In this document: positions 15,991-26,700 of the stretch, piece by piece
How positions within the stretch are numbered: position 1 is the stretch's first letter
Layout of the letters: each line of letters starts with the position of its first letter
Source of the DNA: Puniceicoccales bacterium
Lineage (GTDB): Bacteria > Verrucomicrobiota > Verrucomicrobiia > Opitutales > JAIRKQ01
Reading direction: 5' to 3'
DNA length: 27,773 nt
Assembly: GCA_031257495.1 (NCBI GenBank)
Contig: JAIRON010000021.1
Location: 1 to 27,773, forward strand
Position numbers and translations under genes: made by a program
The notes under the pieces: model-generated
Seen by the model: the letters and a program-made list of their open reading frames with translations, nothing else
Told to the model about the DNA's origin: nothing
Databases searched by the model: none

Positions 15991-18684
15991 TTATTCCGAG
16001 AGGACGGCTTGGGCAGCTGCAAGCCTAGCTACGGGAACGCGATTCGGCGAACAACTAACATAGGTCAATCCATATTGGTGACATAATTTTATGGAATCCG
16101 GGTCGCCACCGTGCTCCCCACAGATGCCAAGTTTAATGTCTGGCCGCGTCGATCTACCACGTTCACAGGCCATCTTTATCAAGCCGCCAACGCCAACGAG
16201 ATCTATGGACGCGAAGGGGTTTGTTTTTAAAATTTCCAAATCAAAGTACTTTGGCAGGAATCCATTGACATCATCCCGACTCATGCCTAGGCATGTTTGG
16301 GTCAAATCGTTGGTACCGAAGCTGAAAAATTGGGCATCCTTGGCAATTTCATCGGCACAGAAACAAGCGCGTGGAATTTCTATCATTGTTCCCACTTTGT
16401 ATTTTATTTGCATGCCCGTTTCCGATATAATTTCTTTGGCTACGCCGTGTATTATATCGGTCTGATTTTTCATTTCCGCGGGAAATGCCGTCAAAGGAAC
16501 CATGATTTCCAGATCGACTTTGACTCCCGCTTGGGTGACGTCGGCTGCCGCTTTAAAGATGGACCGAGCTTGCATGCGTGTGATCTCGGGATAGCTAATT
16601 CCCAAGCGGCAACCGCGGTGTCCAAGCATGGGATTTGCTTCTTTCAGCGAGGCGACGCGCAGCTTCATTTTTTCCTGGTCCACGTGGAGCTTTTGGGAGA
16701 GTAGCTCTATTGCCGTGGCGTCGTGGGGCAAAAATTCATGTAAAGGTGGGTCCAGTAAGCGTATGGTTACGGGAAAGCCTTTCATTTCCTTGAATATGCC
16801 CTCAAAGTCACCCCGTTGCAGCGGTTCAAGTTTTGCTAGAGCTGTTTCCCGCTCCGCCGTGCTGTCGGCCAGGATCATTTCCCTCATGTGGTCGATGCGA
16901 TCATTTTCGAAAAACATATGCTCCGTGCGGCATAGGCCGATGCCTTCAGCTCCCAACTGCATAGCCACCCTAGCTTGTTTGGGACTGTCCGCATTTGTTC
17001 TAATTCCAAGTCGACGATATCCATCTGCCCATTCCATTACGGTGTTAAACAATCTATAAGTATAACTTTTTTCCGGAATGAGACTTCCCTGTAGCACCTG
17101 ATTGACTTCCGAAGGGGCGGTTTCAAGCTTCCCTATGAAAACTTCCCCCGTGGTCCCATCTATGGATATGGGATCACCTTCATTTATAACCGTATCATCG
17201 ATGAAAATCTTTTTTAGGGAGTAGTCTATGCCCAACTTGCCGGCGCCGCATACGCATACCTTGCCCATTTGCCGTGCAACTAGTGCGGCGTGGGAACTTA
17301 CCCCGCCTCTGCTCGTTAAAATTCCCTCCGCGGCGAGCATTCCTCGAATATCTTCTGGGGAAGTTTCTATCCTGCAAAGAATGACATTTTCACCCTTGCC
17401 ATGCATCTCTTCCGCTTTCTTTGCTGAAAAATAGATACTCCCCGAAGCCGCACCCGGTCCGGCGGGAAGGCCGGAAGCGATGCTACGCACCTGTCCCTTG
17501 CTCTTGATGTCAAAGATTGGGACAAGTAGGGTTGATATGGAGTCAGCGGGTATGCGTTGTATGGCAGCCTTTTTATCAATTAGGCCTTCTTCCACCATCT
17601 CTACAGCAATCCTGATAGCGGACAAACCAGTTCTTTTCCCGTTCCTCGTTTGGAGCATGTAAAGTTTATCATTTTCGATGGTGAACTCAAAATCCTGCAT
17701 ATCGCGGAAGTGGGACTCCAGAGTTTTGCATACGTTTACGAGCTGATCATATACGACGGGCATATCCCTTTTTAGATTTGCAATGGGATTTGGCGTGCGG
17801 ATCCCCGCCACAACATCTTCACCCTGAGCATTGATCAAATACTCGCCGTAAAATTCCTTTTTACCAGTGGCCGGATTGCGGGTAAATGCGACGCCCGTGG
17901 CGCAATTATTACCCATGTTGCCAAAAACCATACACTGCACATTAACTGCTGTGCCGTATTCACTCGGTATGCGATATTTTCTCCTATACACTATGGCCCG
18001 CTCATTGTTCCAGGATTCGAAAACCGCGCATATTGCCCCATGTAGCTGTTCGAAGACGTCCTGGGGAAATTCCTTGCCGGTGTGCTCCACTATGATTTTC
18101 TTATAGGATGCAATCAATTCTTTAAGATTATCCGCCGATAATTCGGTGTCCACTTGGACTCGAGCCTTTTCCTTTGCTGCGTCGAGCGCTTCCTCGAATG
18201 GATCCTTCGAATTCTCATCCTTCGCCTTAACGCCGAGGACGACGTCGCCATACATCTGAATAAATCTTCGGTAGCAATCGTAAGCAAAGCGCTCATTGCC
18301 ACTTTTTTTAACTTGCCCCAATACTGTTTCGTCGTTGAGCCCCAAATTTAAAATTGTGTCCATCATGCCTGGCATGGATTCCCGAGCTCCGGAACGAACT
18401 GAAAAGAGAAGAGGATTGTCCCTGTCGCCAAATATTTTTCCTTGTTGCGTTTCCAAATTTTTCACTGCGGCCTTGGTATTTCCCCATATGTCCTGGGAAA
18501 GAGTGTTTCCGTCCTTATAGTATCTGTTGCAAATTTCCGTTGTTATTGTGAAGCCGGGAGGGACGGGCAGGCCTATCCTTGCCATTTCTGCTAGATTTGC
18601 ACCTTTCCCTCCGAGCAATGCTCGCATTGAAGCTTCTCCATCGGTATGCCTGCCGAACTCGTATATATCCTTTGAAATTTCCAT
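15991..18684 (-). CDS. ppdK: Pyruvate, phosphate dikinase
   Basis: 897 aa. N-terminal [26 protein letters not shown], phospho-histidine loop [18 protein letters not shown], and C-terminal PEP/pyruvate domain with [20 protein letters not shown] and [12 protein letters not shown]. Confidence 0.96.
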   Translation of the reverse strand: MEISKDIYEFGRHTDGEASMRALLGGKGANLAEMARIGLPVPPGFTITTEICNRYYKDGNTLSQDIWGNTKAAVKNLETQQGKIFGDRDNPLLFSVRSGARESMPGMMDTILNLGLNDETVLGQVKKSGNERFAYDCYRRFIQMYGDVVLGVKAKDENSKDPFEEALDAAKEKARVQVDTELSADNLKELIASYKKIIVEHTGKEFPQDVFEQLHGAICAVFESWNNERAIVYRRKYRIPSEYGTAVNVQCMVFGNMGNNCATGVAFTRNPATGKKEFYGEYLINAQGEDVVAGIRTPNPIANLKRDMPVVYDQLVNVCKTLESHFRDMQDFEFTIENDKLYMLQTRNGKRTGLSAIRIAVEMVEEGLIDKKAAIQRIPADSISTLLVPIFDIKSKGQVRSIASGLPAGPGAASGSIYFSAKKAEEMHGKGENVILCRIETSPEDIRGMLAAEGILTSRGGVSSHAALVARQMGKVCVCGAGKLGIDYSLKKIFIDDTVINEGDPISIDGTTGEVFIGKLETAPSEVNQVLQGSLIPEKSYTYRLFNTVMEWADGYRRLGIRTNADSPKQARVAMQLGAEGIGLCRTEHMFFENDRIDHMREMILADSTAERETALAKLEPLQRGDFEGIFKEMKGFPVTIRLLDPPLHEFLPHDATAIELLSQKLHVDQEKMKLRVASLKEANPMLGHRGCRLGISYPEITRMQARSIFKAAADVTQAGVKVDLEIMVPLTAFPAEMKNQTDIIHGVAKEIISETGMQIKYKVGTMIEIPRACFCADEIAKDAQFFSFGTNDLTQTCLGMSRDDVNGFLPKYFDLEILKTNPFASIDLVGVGGLIKMACERGRSTRPDIKLGICGEHGGDPDSIKLCHQYGLTYVSCSPNRVPVARLAAAQAVLSE

Positions 18685-18832
18685 AGTATGCTGGCTGCCA
18701 AAATCAGGAAAAATTTTTGGTTGTCAAATTATTATATGGATTAATGTTGACATTTGATATGATTCAATTTCCCTTGCACTAGTTTTATTTAGAAGAGCAT
18801 TCCCCATATGCCTAAAGCTTCCTTGGGTAGGG

Positions 18833-19882
18833 GTGCTTGATAGGCGTATGATAACAAAATGTGTAGGTGGTTTTTTGTTGGCCATAATTGTAGGTTTTTT
18901 TGTATCTCCAGCTATTTTTGCCTTTTTCAGAAAAAAAAAGTTTAATCAAATTGAAAGGGGGCGTGAAATTATCCGCAACTTAGCTGATTTGCACCGGGAT
19001 AAAAATGATACGCCAACTATGGGAGGAGTGGCGATATTTTTATCGGCGATGATTCCGGTTATATTTCTAGTAAAATTTAATTTATATACAATCCTTGTTT
19101 TGTTTGTCTGTGTGACGCTGGGGTTGTTGGGATTTATAGATGACTTTTTCAAGCTTTCCAAAAAAAATGTTAAAGGGATTTCGGGAAGAAAAAAATTGGC
19201 CATACAATTGGCAGTGTCTACCGTTGTTTTCGTTGTTCTATACCGATTCTCCGGAAGGGATATCATTGAAATGCTGCCATTTTTTGGTTGGTGCCCCAAG
19301 TGGATTTTTATTTTGATCGCATTTTCTTTTGTTTTTTTCGTCCTTGCGGGAACGAGCAATACGGTCAATTTGACGGATGGGTTGGACGGTCTAGCTTCGG
19401 TTTGTATTATTCCCAATTTTATTTTTTTCGCTGCGGCGGCTTGCATCTTCGGTTCGGAAAGGCTATCTTCTCTTTGCGGCTTTGTTTACCTATCTGGAGC
19501 AGGGGAGTTAGCCATCATACTATCTTGCTTTTGCGGAGCACTGTTAGTGTTTTTGTGGTATAATGCACATCCGGCGAGCATTATGATGGGTGATACCGGC
19601 TCGTTGATGTTGGGTGGACTGTTAGCAGTCAGTGCACTGTTGCTTTACATGCCATTTTGCTTGCTATTGACTGGGATTGTTTTCCTGGTTGAGGCTCTGT
19701 CGGACATTATCCAGGTTGGATCGAAAAAAATTAGACACGGAAAAAGAGTGTTTTTAATGGCTCCCATACACCACCACTTTGAGCTTGCTGGTGTTAAGGA
19801 AACAAAGATTGTGGCCCGTGCGGGAATTGTAACTTGGATTGCAACCGCGCTGTGTGCCGCTATTTTGCTCTATGTTAGATGA
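18833..19882 (+). CDS. mraY: Phospho-N-acetylmuramoyl-pentapeptide transferase MraY
   Basis: 349 aa from GTG 18833 (ATG 18848 is an alternative). Motifs TPTMGG, NTVNLTDGLDGLA, HPASIMMGDTGSL and APIHHHFE. Confidence 0.93.
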   Translation: MLDRRMITKCVGGFLLAIIVGFFVSPAIFAFFRKKKFNQIERGREIIRNLADLHRDKNDTPTMGGVAIFLSAMIPVIFLVKFNLYTILVLFVCVTLGLLGFIDDFFKLSKKNVKGISGRKKLAIQLAVSTVVFVVLYRFSGRDIIEMLPFFGWCPKWIFILIAFSFVFFVLAGTSNTVNLTDGLDGLASVCIIPNFIFFAAAACIFGSERLSSLCGFVYLSGAGELAIILSCFCGALLVFLWYNAHPASIMMGDTGSLMLGGLLAVSALLLYMPFCLLLTGIVFLVEALSDIIQVGSKKIRHGKRVFLMAPIHHHFELAGVKETKIVARAGIVTWIATALCAAILLYVR

Positions 19883-21203
19883 TGTTTTTAGTAAGGGCTT
19901 CAGGATCGGGATTTTTGGCGAAGGTGTTTCTGGCAAAGCTGTATCCAAGTGGTGCAATCAAAACAATATCGATTACACCATTTTTAGCGAAGATGGCAGG
20001 GAAATTTTTACAAATGCCATTGCTAGCTCTTTCAATCTAATAATTCGAAGCCCAAGTTTTTTGAATGATCACCTTTGGCTGGCCGTGGCACGGGCAAATG
20101 GGGTGCCATGTATCGGAGAATTGGATTTAGCTGCCAAATTTTGGAAGGGTAAAATAATCGCCGTTACTGGAACGGATGGCAAAACTACAACGGTTGAATT
20201 TCTTAAATATTCTCTGCGTAACGCCGGTTATGAAGCCGTGGCCGTAGGAAATATTGGATTACCGTTCATAGCCGTTGTTGACGATACTGTAAATTTTCCT
20301 GATTCATGGGCAATTGTGGAAGTTAGTTCCTTTCAAGGGCAGCAATTACAAATGATGCATCCTGACTATGTTTTGTGGATAAACTTTGCTCCGGATCATA
20401 TGGATAGTCATCATTCTTTGCATGAATACTTCAGGTCGAAGTACAAGTTAATTGAAGTGGCAAAATTTTGCGATACCGACCACATATTTATCGGCAAGAG
20501 TGTTCTAAATTATGCCAGAAATAATCCTGAATTTGAATCGTTGAATAATGTTACGGTTTGTGAAAAATTCTGCAGTGTGCCTTCCGGATCATGTTTAGAT
20601 ATACCCGTTCAACGGGAAAATTTTGCACTCGTTCAAAACTTTTGGAAAGCCCAAAACTTAGATTTGGACGTACTCAGCGCTTCTGCTGAAACCTTTCGGC
20701 TTCCAAAACACAGGTTGCAGAAAATATGTTCCATCGAAAAAGTTGGCTCAAATGGCGAAAAATTTAATGTGGAATTTTGGAATGATTCGAAGGCCACAAA
20801 TTTCCATTCTTTCAAAGCAGCTGTGGATTCGTTTGATAAAAAATTGATTCTCATTGTTGGAGGAAAGTCGAAGGGGGAAAACATTGAGCAGTATATTGGA
20901 ATTTTATTAAAAAAAGTTAGAATTTTATTCTTGCTTGGAGAGACGGGAAAGATAATTTTCGATGCATTGAATAAGAGTAATTTTATCAAAATGTTTGATT
21001 GTTGCGAATTTTTTTGCGACTATCTGTTTGATTCACAAATTGTTATGCACAATTTAGTAAAACGTGCATTTAGTGTTGCAAAAGGGGAGGACATAGTGTT
21101 ATTATGTCCAGGATTTTCAAGTTTGGACATGTTCAGCGGATATGATCAGCGTGGTTCTTTGTTTGAGGAATATGTTAAGAAATTGAAAGAGGAGAATGTT
21201 TAA
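19872..21203 (+). CDS. murD: UDP-N-acetylmuramoylalanine--D-glutamate ligase MurD
   Basis: Frame of ORF 19839-21203. ATG 19872 (MLDDVFSKGFRIGIFGEGVSGKA...) overlaps the mraY stop by 11 nt and gives a normal N-terminus. ATP-binding IAVTGTDGKTTT; C-terminal WNDSKATN and LIVGGKSKG. Confidence 0.9.
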   Translation: MLDDVFSKGFRIGIFGEGVSGKAVSKWCNQNNIDYTIFSEDGREIFTNAIASSFNLIIRSPSFLNDHLWLAVARANGVPCIGELDLAAKFWKGKIIAVTGTDGKTTTVEFLKYSLRNAGYEAVAVGNIGLPFIAVVDDTVNFPDSWAIVEVSSFQGQQLQMMHPDYVLWINFAPDHMDSHHSLHEYFRSKYKLIEVAKFCDTDHIFIGKSVLNYARNNPEFESLNNVTVCEKFCSVPSGSCLDIPVQRENFALVQNFWKAQNLDLDVLSASAETFRLPKHRLQKICSIEKVGSNGEKFNVEFWNDSKATNFHSFKAAVDSFDKKLILIVGGKSKGENIEQYIGILLKKVRILFLLGETGKIIFDALNKSNFIKMFDCCEFFCDYLFDSQIVMHNLVKRAFSVAKGEDIVLLCPGFSSLDMFSGYDQRGSLFEEYVKKLKEENV

Positions 21204-21221
21204 TTTAAGGGGAACTTTGTT

Positions 21222-22601
21222 ATGAACAAAAATTCAGTTTTTAGTGTGTGTGTAACTTGCGGGATCGTGTTGCTCACAGGATGTTCGGCTACTTACAAAA
21301 ACAGGGGACAAGCCAACAATGTTGCCTATAGCGTCCCTGAGAGCGTAGCCAGGGATGGCATGGAGGTAAGAGTAAGGCCACTCAGGCCATATTGGACCGA
21401 GGATGATTTTTCGGTGGCAAATTTTAGAAGAAGAGGAAGGGCAGAATCTAGGGCTAATGCAGTTACGTTTAGGCCTGAAACTTACGTTGTAAAAAAAGGT
21501 GACACAGTTTATAGCATAGCACGTCGTTTCGGAATTTCTGCGCGGGAAATTATGGATTTGAATAACTTGGATGGGTTTTTACAGCTTCGTGTTGGCCAAG
21601 AAATAAAACTCCCAAGGGAAGATGGAGAAGCAGAGTTTGATCACATTGCTAAAAAATACGGCTTCTCTACGAGAGATACCATCAAGTATACCGTTGAGCG
21701 CGGTGATTCTCTGTTGAAGATAGCTAAAATGCATTCAATGAAAGTGGATGAACTCAAGGAACTTAATGGTTTAACAAGCGATTTTATTAGGGCTGGTCAA
21801 CGGTTGGATGTTTATAGGCCAAATGGTTTTGTGTCAGATATGGACAGCGTTGGCAGCAAAAGAGACATCGTCAAGTATACCGTTGAGCACGGTGACTCTT
21901 TGTCGAAGATTGCCAAAAAGCATTCTATGAAAATTGCTGAACTTATGGAATTAAATGGTTTGTCCGGTGATTTAATTAGAGTTGGCCAGCGATTAGAGGT
22001 TTATAAACCCGATGGTCGGATAGCTAAAAGTGGAACTGCAAAGGTAAAGGCTGATCTGGGTAAAAGGAAAGTAGTGAAGTACGTTGTTAAACAGGGTGAT
22101 TCTCTGTCAAAGATAGCTAAGATGCACTCCATGAAAATTGCCGAGCTTAGGAAGTTAAACACTTTATCTAGCGATACTATCGTGATTGGTCAACAATTGG
22201 ATGTTTACAGTCCAAATGATCCTACATCTTTTAAAGTAAAAGAGACTTCTCCCAAAAAATACACCCTTGATGCAGATGGTCTTTACACCATCCAAGAGGG
22301 TGATTCTTTGGATAAAATTGCCCGTGGTTTTGGAGTTAGTTCCAAAGTTTTGGGAGAAGTCAATGGGGTCGATGATCCGTTAAAACTGCAAGTTGGCAAG
22401 AAATTAGTCATACCTTCCAATGATGCTGTCTCAAAGCCTGTGATTGGGTCTGCAGTCTCTGCTCAAGATCGTGCTAAACCTAGAGTTCCTTCTGAAGATA
22501 GGATGAAGGTTCCTGGCACTGGAAATAATCTTTCCCGAGAAGGGAGTGATGATGATTTTTTTGAAACATTCGATAATATTGAAGTCTTTGAAGTTGATTA
22601 G
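21222..22601 (+). CDS. Lipoprotein with five LysM peptidoglycan-binding modules and an acidic/aromatic C-terminal tail
   Basis: 459 aa. Start preceded by AAGGGG. Lipobox signal MNKNSVFSVCVTCGIVLLTG|C. LysM modules begin at nt 21483, 21687, 21876, 22080 and 22284 (Y.V..GD[ST]L.KIA......ELN.L....I..GQ.L). No M23, amidase or other catalytic domain is visible. The tail is SREGSDDDFFETFDNIEVFEVD. Confidence 0.88.
   Translation: MNKNSVFSVCVTCGIVLLTGCSATYKNRGQANNVAYSVPESVARDGMEVRVRPLRPYWTEDDFSVANFRRRGRAESRANAVTFRPETYVVKKGDTVYSIARRFGISAREIMDLNNLDGFLQLRVGQEIKLPREDGEAEFDHIAKKYGFSTRDTIKYTVERGDSLLKIAKMHSMKVDELKELNGLTSDFIRAGQRLDVYRPNGFVSDMDSVGSKRDIVKYTVEHGDSLSKIAKKHSMKIAELMELNGLSGDLIRVGQRLEVYKPDGRIAKSGTAKVKADLGKRKVVKYVVKQGDSLSKIAKMHSMKIAELRKLNTLSSDTIVIGQQLDVYSPNDPTSFKVKETSPKKYTLDADGLYTIQEGDSLDKIARGFGVSSKVLGEVNGVDDPLKLQVGKKLVIPSNDAVSKPVIGSAVSAQDRAKPRVPSEDRMKVPGTGNNLSREGSDDDFFETFDNIEVFEVD
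21681..22215 (+). repeat. Three tandem, DNA-level similar LysM-coding repeats (periods 189 and 204 bp)
   Basis: The units starting at 21687, 21876 and 22080 share long near-identical stretches. For example, tataccgttgagcGcggtgaTtctCtgtTgaagat matches tataccgttgagcAcggtgaCtctTtgtCgaagat. The encoded sequence is Y[TV]VE/K.GDSLSKIAK.HSMKI.EL..LN.LS.D.I..GQ.L.VY.P. Confidence 0.85.
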
Positions 22602-22604
22602 TTA

Positions 22605-23741
22605 GTGGCCACTTTTTTTGAAAGGTTGCGCAGGTGTGTCTCCCCTGACAAAAGCTTTGCTTGTTTAACCGCGCTGTTCTGTCCGGTTGTTCTTACTTTT
22701 GTTGGGCTGGTTGCATTATCTAGCGCCAGCTTGTCATTTTATAGGAACGAATCGCTGTTTTCTAAGCAATTGTATTGGTTTTTGATTTCCCTGTTTTTTT
22801 TTCTAATTGGAACATTTGTCGATCTTAACTTCATAAGGAAGCACATATCGAAGGTATTGATTGCCTTTTTTGTTTTGTTGATACTGGTGCTGATACCTGG
22901 CATTGGGCATTCCGTTAACGGTTCTCGACGTTGGCTCTTAATCTTTGGCATGAACTTACAAGTTTCCGAATTTGTCAAAATAGTTCTTATTTTGTGGCTA
23001 GCCAATTACATCAGTCTCGCTGAAAGGGAAATTAAGTCCTTTTTCAAAGGTTTTTTTAAACCATTTTTGGTGGCGGCATGCATAAGCGGTCTAGTTTTAC
23101 TCGAACCCGACTACGGAACAGCGATCCTGCTGGGCGGCATAGCCATATCACTGCTGTTTTTGTATGGATCTAAAGTTTTATACATTGGAGGATCGCTGGT
23201 AGTGGCTTTGGTTTCCGTATCGATTTTAATATTTTTTAACCCGGTACGCATGCGCAGGGTCATGGCTTTTATGGACATCGATGCCAATAGGCTTGGGGGA
23301 GCATATCAGTTGTGGCAAGGAATTTTAGGGTTTGTTTCCGGAGGGCTGTGGGGAAGCGGTGTAGGGAATGGTAAGCAGCAATTGGTTTATCTGCCCGAGG
23401 CTCACACGGATTTTATCCTGCCAATCTTGGGTGAAGAGTTTGGTTCCATAGCCGTTGTCTTCGTTTTAATTTTATATTTTGTTTTTTTCATCACTTGCAT
23501 CGTACATGGAATGAGGATCAAATCTATTTATTATTCCGCTGTTTCTTGCGGAATAGCATTGCTGGTTGCTTACCAGGTTGTCATAAATGTTGGTGTTGTC
23601 AGCGGGCTCTTGCCGACAAAGGGCATAGTTTTGCCGTTCATAAGTTACGGCAGGTCCAACTTGCTTGCAATGTATTTTATGCTTGGAATTTTGCTAAATT
23701 GTTTCCTATTTAATCAGGATTTACCCTCAGAAATTGAATAA
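22605..23741 (+). CDS. ftsW: SEDS-family peptidoglycan polymerase FtsW (by dcw context)
   Basis: 378 aa from GTG 22605, 3 nt after the LysM gene stop. Polytopic membrane protein with SEDS blocks QVSEFVKI, LLEPDYGTA, PEAHTDFI and GLLPTKGIVLPFISYG. Confidence 0.9.
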   Translation: MATFFERLRRCVSPDKSFACLTALFCPVVLTFVGLVALSSASLSFYRNESLFSKQLYWFLISLFFFLIGTFVDLNFIRKHISKVLIAFFVLLILVLIPGIGHSVNGSRRWLLIFGMNLQVSEFVKIVLILWLANYISLAEREIKSFFKGFFKPFLVAACISGLVLLEPDYGTAILLGGIAISLLFLYGSKVLYIGGSLVVALVSVSILIFFNPVRMRRVMAFMDIDANRLGGAYQLWQGILGFVSGGLWGSGVGNGKQQLVYLPEAHTDFILPILGEEFGSIAVVFVLILYFVFFITCIVHGMRIKSIYYSAVSCGIALLVAYQVVINVGVVSGLLPTKGIVLPFISYGRSNLLAMYFMLGILLNCFLFNQDLPSEIE

Positions 23742-23742
23742 A

Positions 23743-26700
23743 ATGAAAAAGTACGCCATAGTTTGTGGTGGGACGGGAGGACATATTGCACCAGGAATAG
23801 CCGTTGCCGAGCGGCTCTTTGAAAGAAATAATGAGTGCATTTTGGTCATCAGTAAAAAAGAAGTTGATGGCGTTTTTCTGCGCAAGTATTCCTCCATTAA
23901 AAGCGTAGCGTTTTCCGCTGCACCCTTTTCCAAGAGGCCATTTAAATTTTTAAAATTTCTCTTTTCCCAAACATTTTCCTTTTTTACCGCCCTGTTTTTT
24001 CTTTTAAAAAATAAAATAGATTGTGTCATTGGATTCGGAGGATTTACGAATGTGCCAATCGTTTTAGCGGCGTTTTTTCTGAGAAGGCAAATTGTTCTCC
24101 ACGAATCAAATCGAATTATAGGGAAGAGTGTAAAACTTTTGTCTATGTTTGCAGATACGGTTTATTTGCCACATGAAGTAAAATTTCGATCAAAGTTTCT
24201 AAATAAAAAAGTCAAAAATGTCACCTGTCCACTCAGAAGAGAAATCTTTAAATTTAGCCAATCGGTGGCTAGAAAAAGACTCGGTATGAGCACGGAATCT
24301 CGTCTAATTTTAATCTTGGGAGGAAGTCAAGGGGCGAAAATTTTGACAAACTGGGCAATGGAAAATTGTGAAAATTTTAACAGAAGAAAAGTTCATTTAT
24401 ACTGCATAAGCGGCAGCCACGCTCCCAAAAATTTCGAGGTCAATGGCAATAAATTTATTCCCTTTTGCAATGATATGAATCTGCTCTACAATGCGGCGGA
24501 TATTATCGTAGCCCGTGCCGGTTCGGGGACGATTTTTGAGGCGATGAGGTGCCAAAAAAAGATGGTTCTTGTTCCGTACAAGCGTGCAGCCGATGAGCAT
24601 CAGCTGGCGAATGCCAAATATGCAGAAAAATTGGGATTTGCGACCTACGTTGAGGAACAAGAAATTGATAAGTTATTCGGCAGAGTCATGCAAGCTTTAG
24701 AATCAAAAAATAAACCCCTTCCCGTTACTTCTCACGAAATTGATCCGGCGACGGTGATGATCGGTGACATCGATAAGCCGCAAAACATTCACATGATAGG
24801 AGTTTGTGGAGCTGGGATGGCTCCGTTGGCGATTTATTTGGCTGAAATCGGGTTTAACGTGTATGGCTGGGATGATTTTCCAGACTTAAATGTCAAGGAT
24901 ATGTTGCTGCGGCACAGGGTTATTTTCATGCCGAACAGAGTATTGCCGCGCAAGTGTGATTACGTTGTTGTGTCGAGTGCGATAAATGTGAAAACAGATA
25001 ATTTGTGCCTCCAGGCTAAGGAACTTGGGCTTAGCATTTTCAAGCGTGGTGAATTTCTAGCAAAAATTATCAAGCACAAAAAATTGTTGGCAATCGTCGG
25101 TTCCCACGGCAAAACTTCCGTGTGTGCGCGCATGGCTCAAATTTTGACTTCCTCAGATATGCCTTTTGACTATATCGTCGGTGGGTTTTTCAAGGACAGC
25201 GCTGTTGCTCCGGCGAAGTACAATCCAGGTTCCGAATGGGTCGTTGCGGAGATTGATGAAAGCGATTGTACGATCAGGAATTTTTCACCGGAAGTGACCG
25301 TTGCCCTAAACTATGACGATGATCATATTGTAAACTACCATGGAAGCGAAAGGCTCAAAGAAACTTTCCGAGACTTATTTGCTCGTACGAAGTCAAAGGT
25401 TTACATTACTGCTGATGACGCCGTTTTCGTTCCAATGGCAGCGCTGATGCCTGGAAAATTTTCTATCATGGAAGGGCTACCAAGCAATGATTTCATGGAT
25501 CGCAATAGTCAGATTGCTGATTTCGTTGTTGGAGATTTTTTCGCCATTGAGCGGGATGGAAACATCCATTTCAGTGGGGTGAAGCGCCGCAATGACTTGA
25601 TGTGTGAGGTCGATAATTTGACTTTTGTCCAGGATTATGCCCACCATCCAACGGAAATTAGGGCCATATTGACCTATGCCCGTTCCCACTACCCCAACTA
25701 CAAAATTACCGCTGTTTTCCAGCCACACAGGGTGTCTCGTACGAGGCAGTATTTCGAGGAATTTGCTCGAGTTTTGCAGGGATTCGATGCAGTTATACTA
25801 GTAGAGATATACTGTGCTTTTGAGGAGCGGCTAGGTGGGGTTTCCAGCAAACTTATCTACGATAGGTTGAAAAATGGGAAAAAAATTTTTGTCGAAAACA
25901 TTAACAATTTGGGCAATGAACTGGAAAAATATTGCGCTTCTCTGGATAGGAATAGGAAGCATTTGATTCTGTTCGTTTGTGCCGGTGATTTACTCAAATA
26001 CGGGAGGGCATTTGTGGACGAGTATCGTGCGAGCATAGCTGTGAAGAAACTCGGTGCAGATATTTGTTCCCAAGATGTGCCCCTTGCAACTAAGACCACC
26101 TTCGGTTGTTCCTCCTTGGCAAAAATGTTCACCGAACCAAAGAATGGAGAAGACTTGCTGAAAATTTTACACCTGTGTAAAGACTTAAACCTTGACTATG
26201 TCCTGCTCGGTAGCGGTTCAAACGTGGTGTTCCCCGACGGAATTTACAGCAAAATTATCATAAAATTTAGCGGGGAATATTGGCGACGCATTGAATCTCT
26301 GTCAGAGCAATGTCTGCGTGTTTATGCCGGTGCAAAGTTGAACGATATAGTTGCAACAGCATGGGAAAGAGGTTTTTCCTGTCTCGCATTCTTGGAGTAT
26401 ATTCCGGGAACTATCGGTGGGGCGTTAGTTATGAATGCCGGTGCCCATGGGCATTCAATTTCGGAATTTGTGTCAAAGGTTTGCGTGCTAAACGGTGATG
26501 GAAAGGAGAAGATTCTTTCCAGAGAGGAATGTAATTTTGGCTACCGTTCCTCCGGATTCGAACGCGAATCCATAATTGTTTACGTTGATTTGGAGTTGAA
26601 ACGGACGGATGAAACGGAGAATAATTACAAAAAAATACGCCAATTGACGCAACCGCAAGGAAAAACCTTCGGTTGTATTTTTAAAAATCCAAGGGAAGAT

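Noticed and set aside
18721-18752. TTGTCA (minus-strand TTGACA) and TTGACA hexamers in the ppdK/mraY divergent spacer, as a -35 pair
   Set aside because: Neither has a plausible -10 hexamer at 16-18 bp spacing. The minus-strand one would also leave almost no room before the ppdK start.
19839-19871. The upstream murD start at 19839 given by the ORF track
   Set aside because: It would add 11 non-conserved residues lying entirely within mraY. ATG 19872 gives the typical MurD N-terminus just before the GxGxxG-like IGIFGEGVSG.
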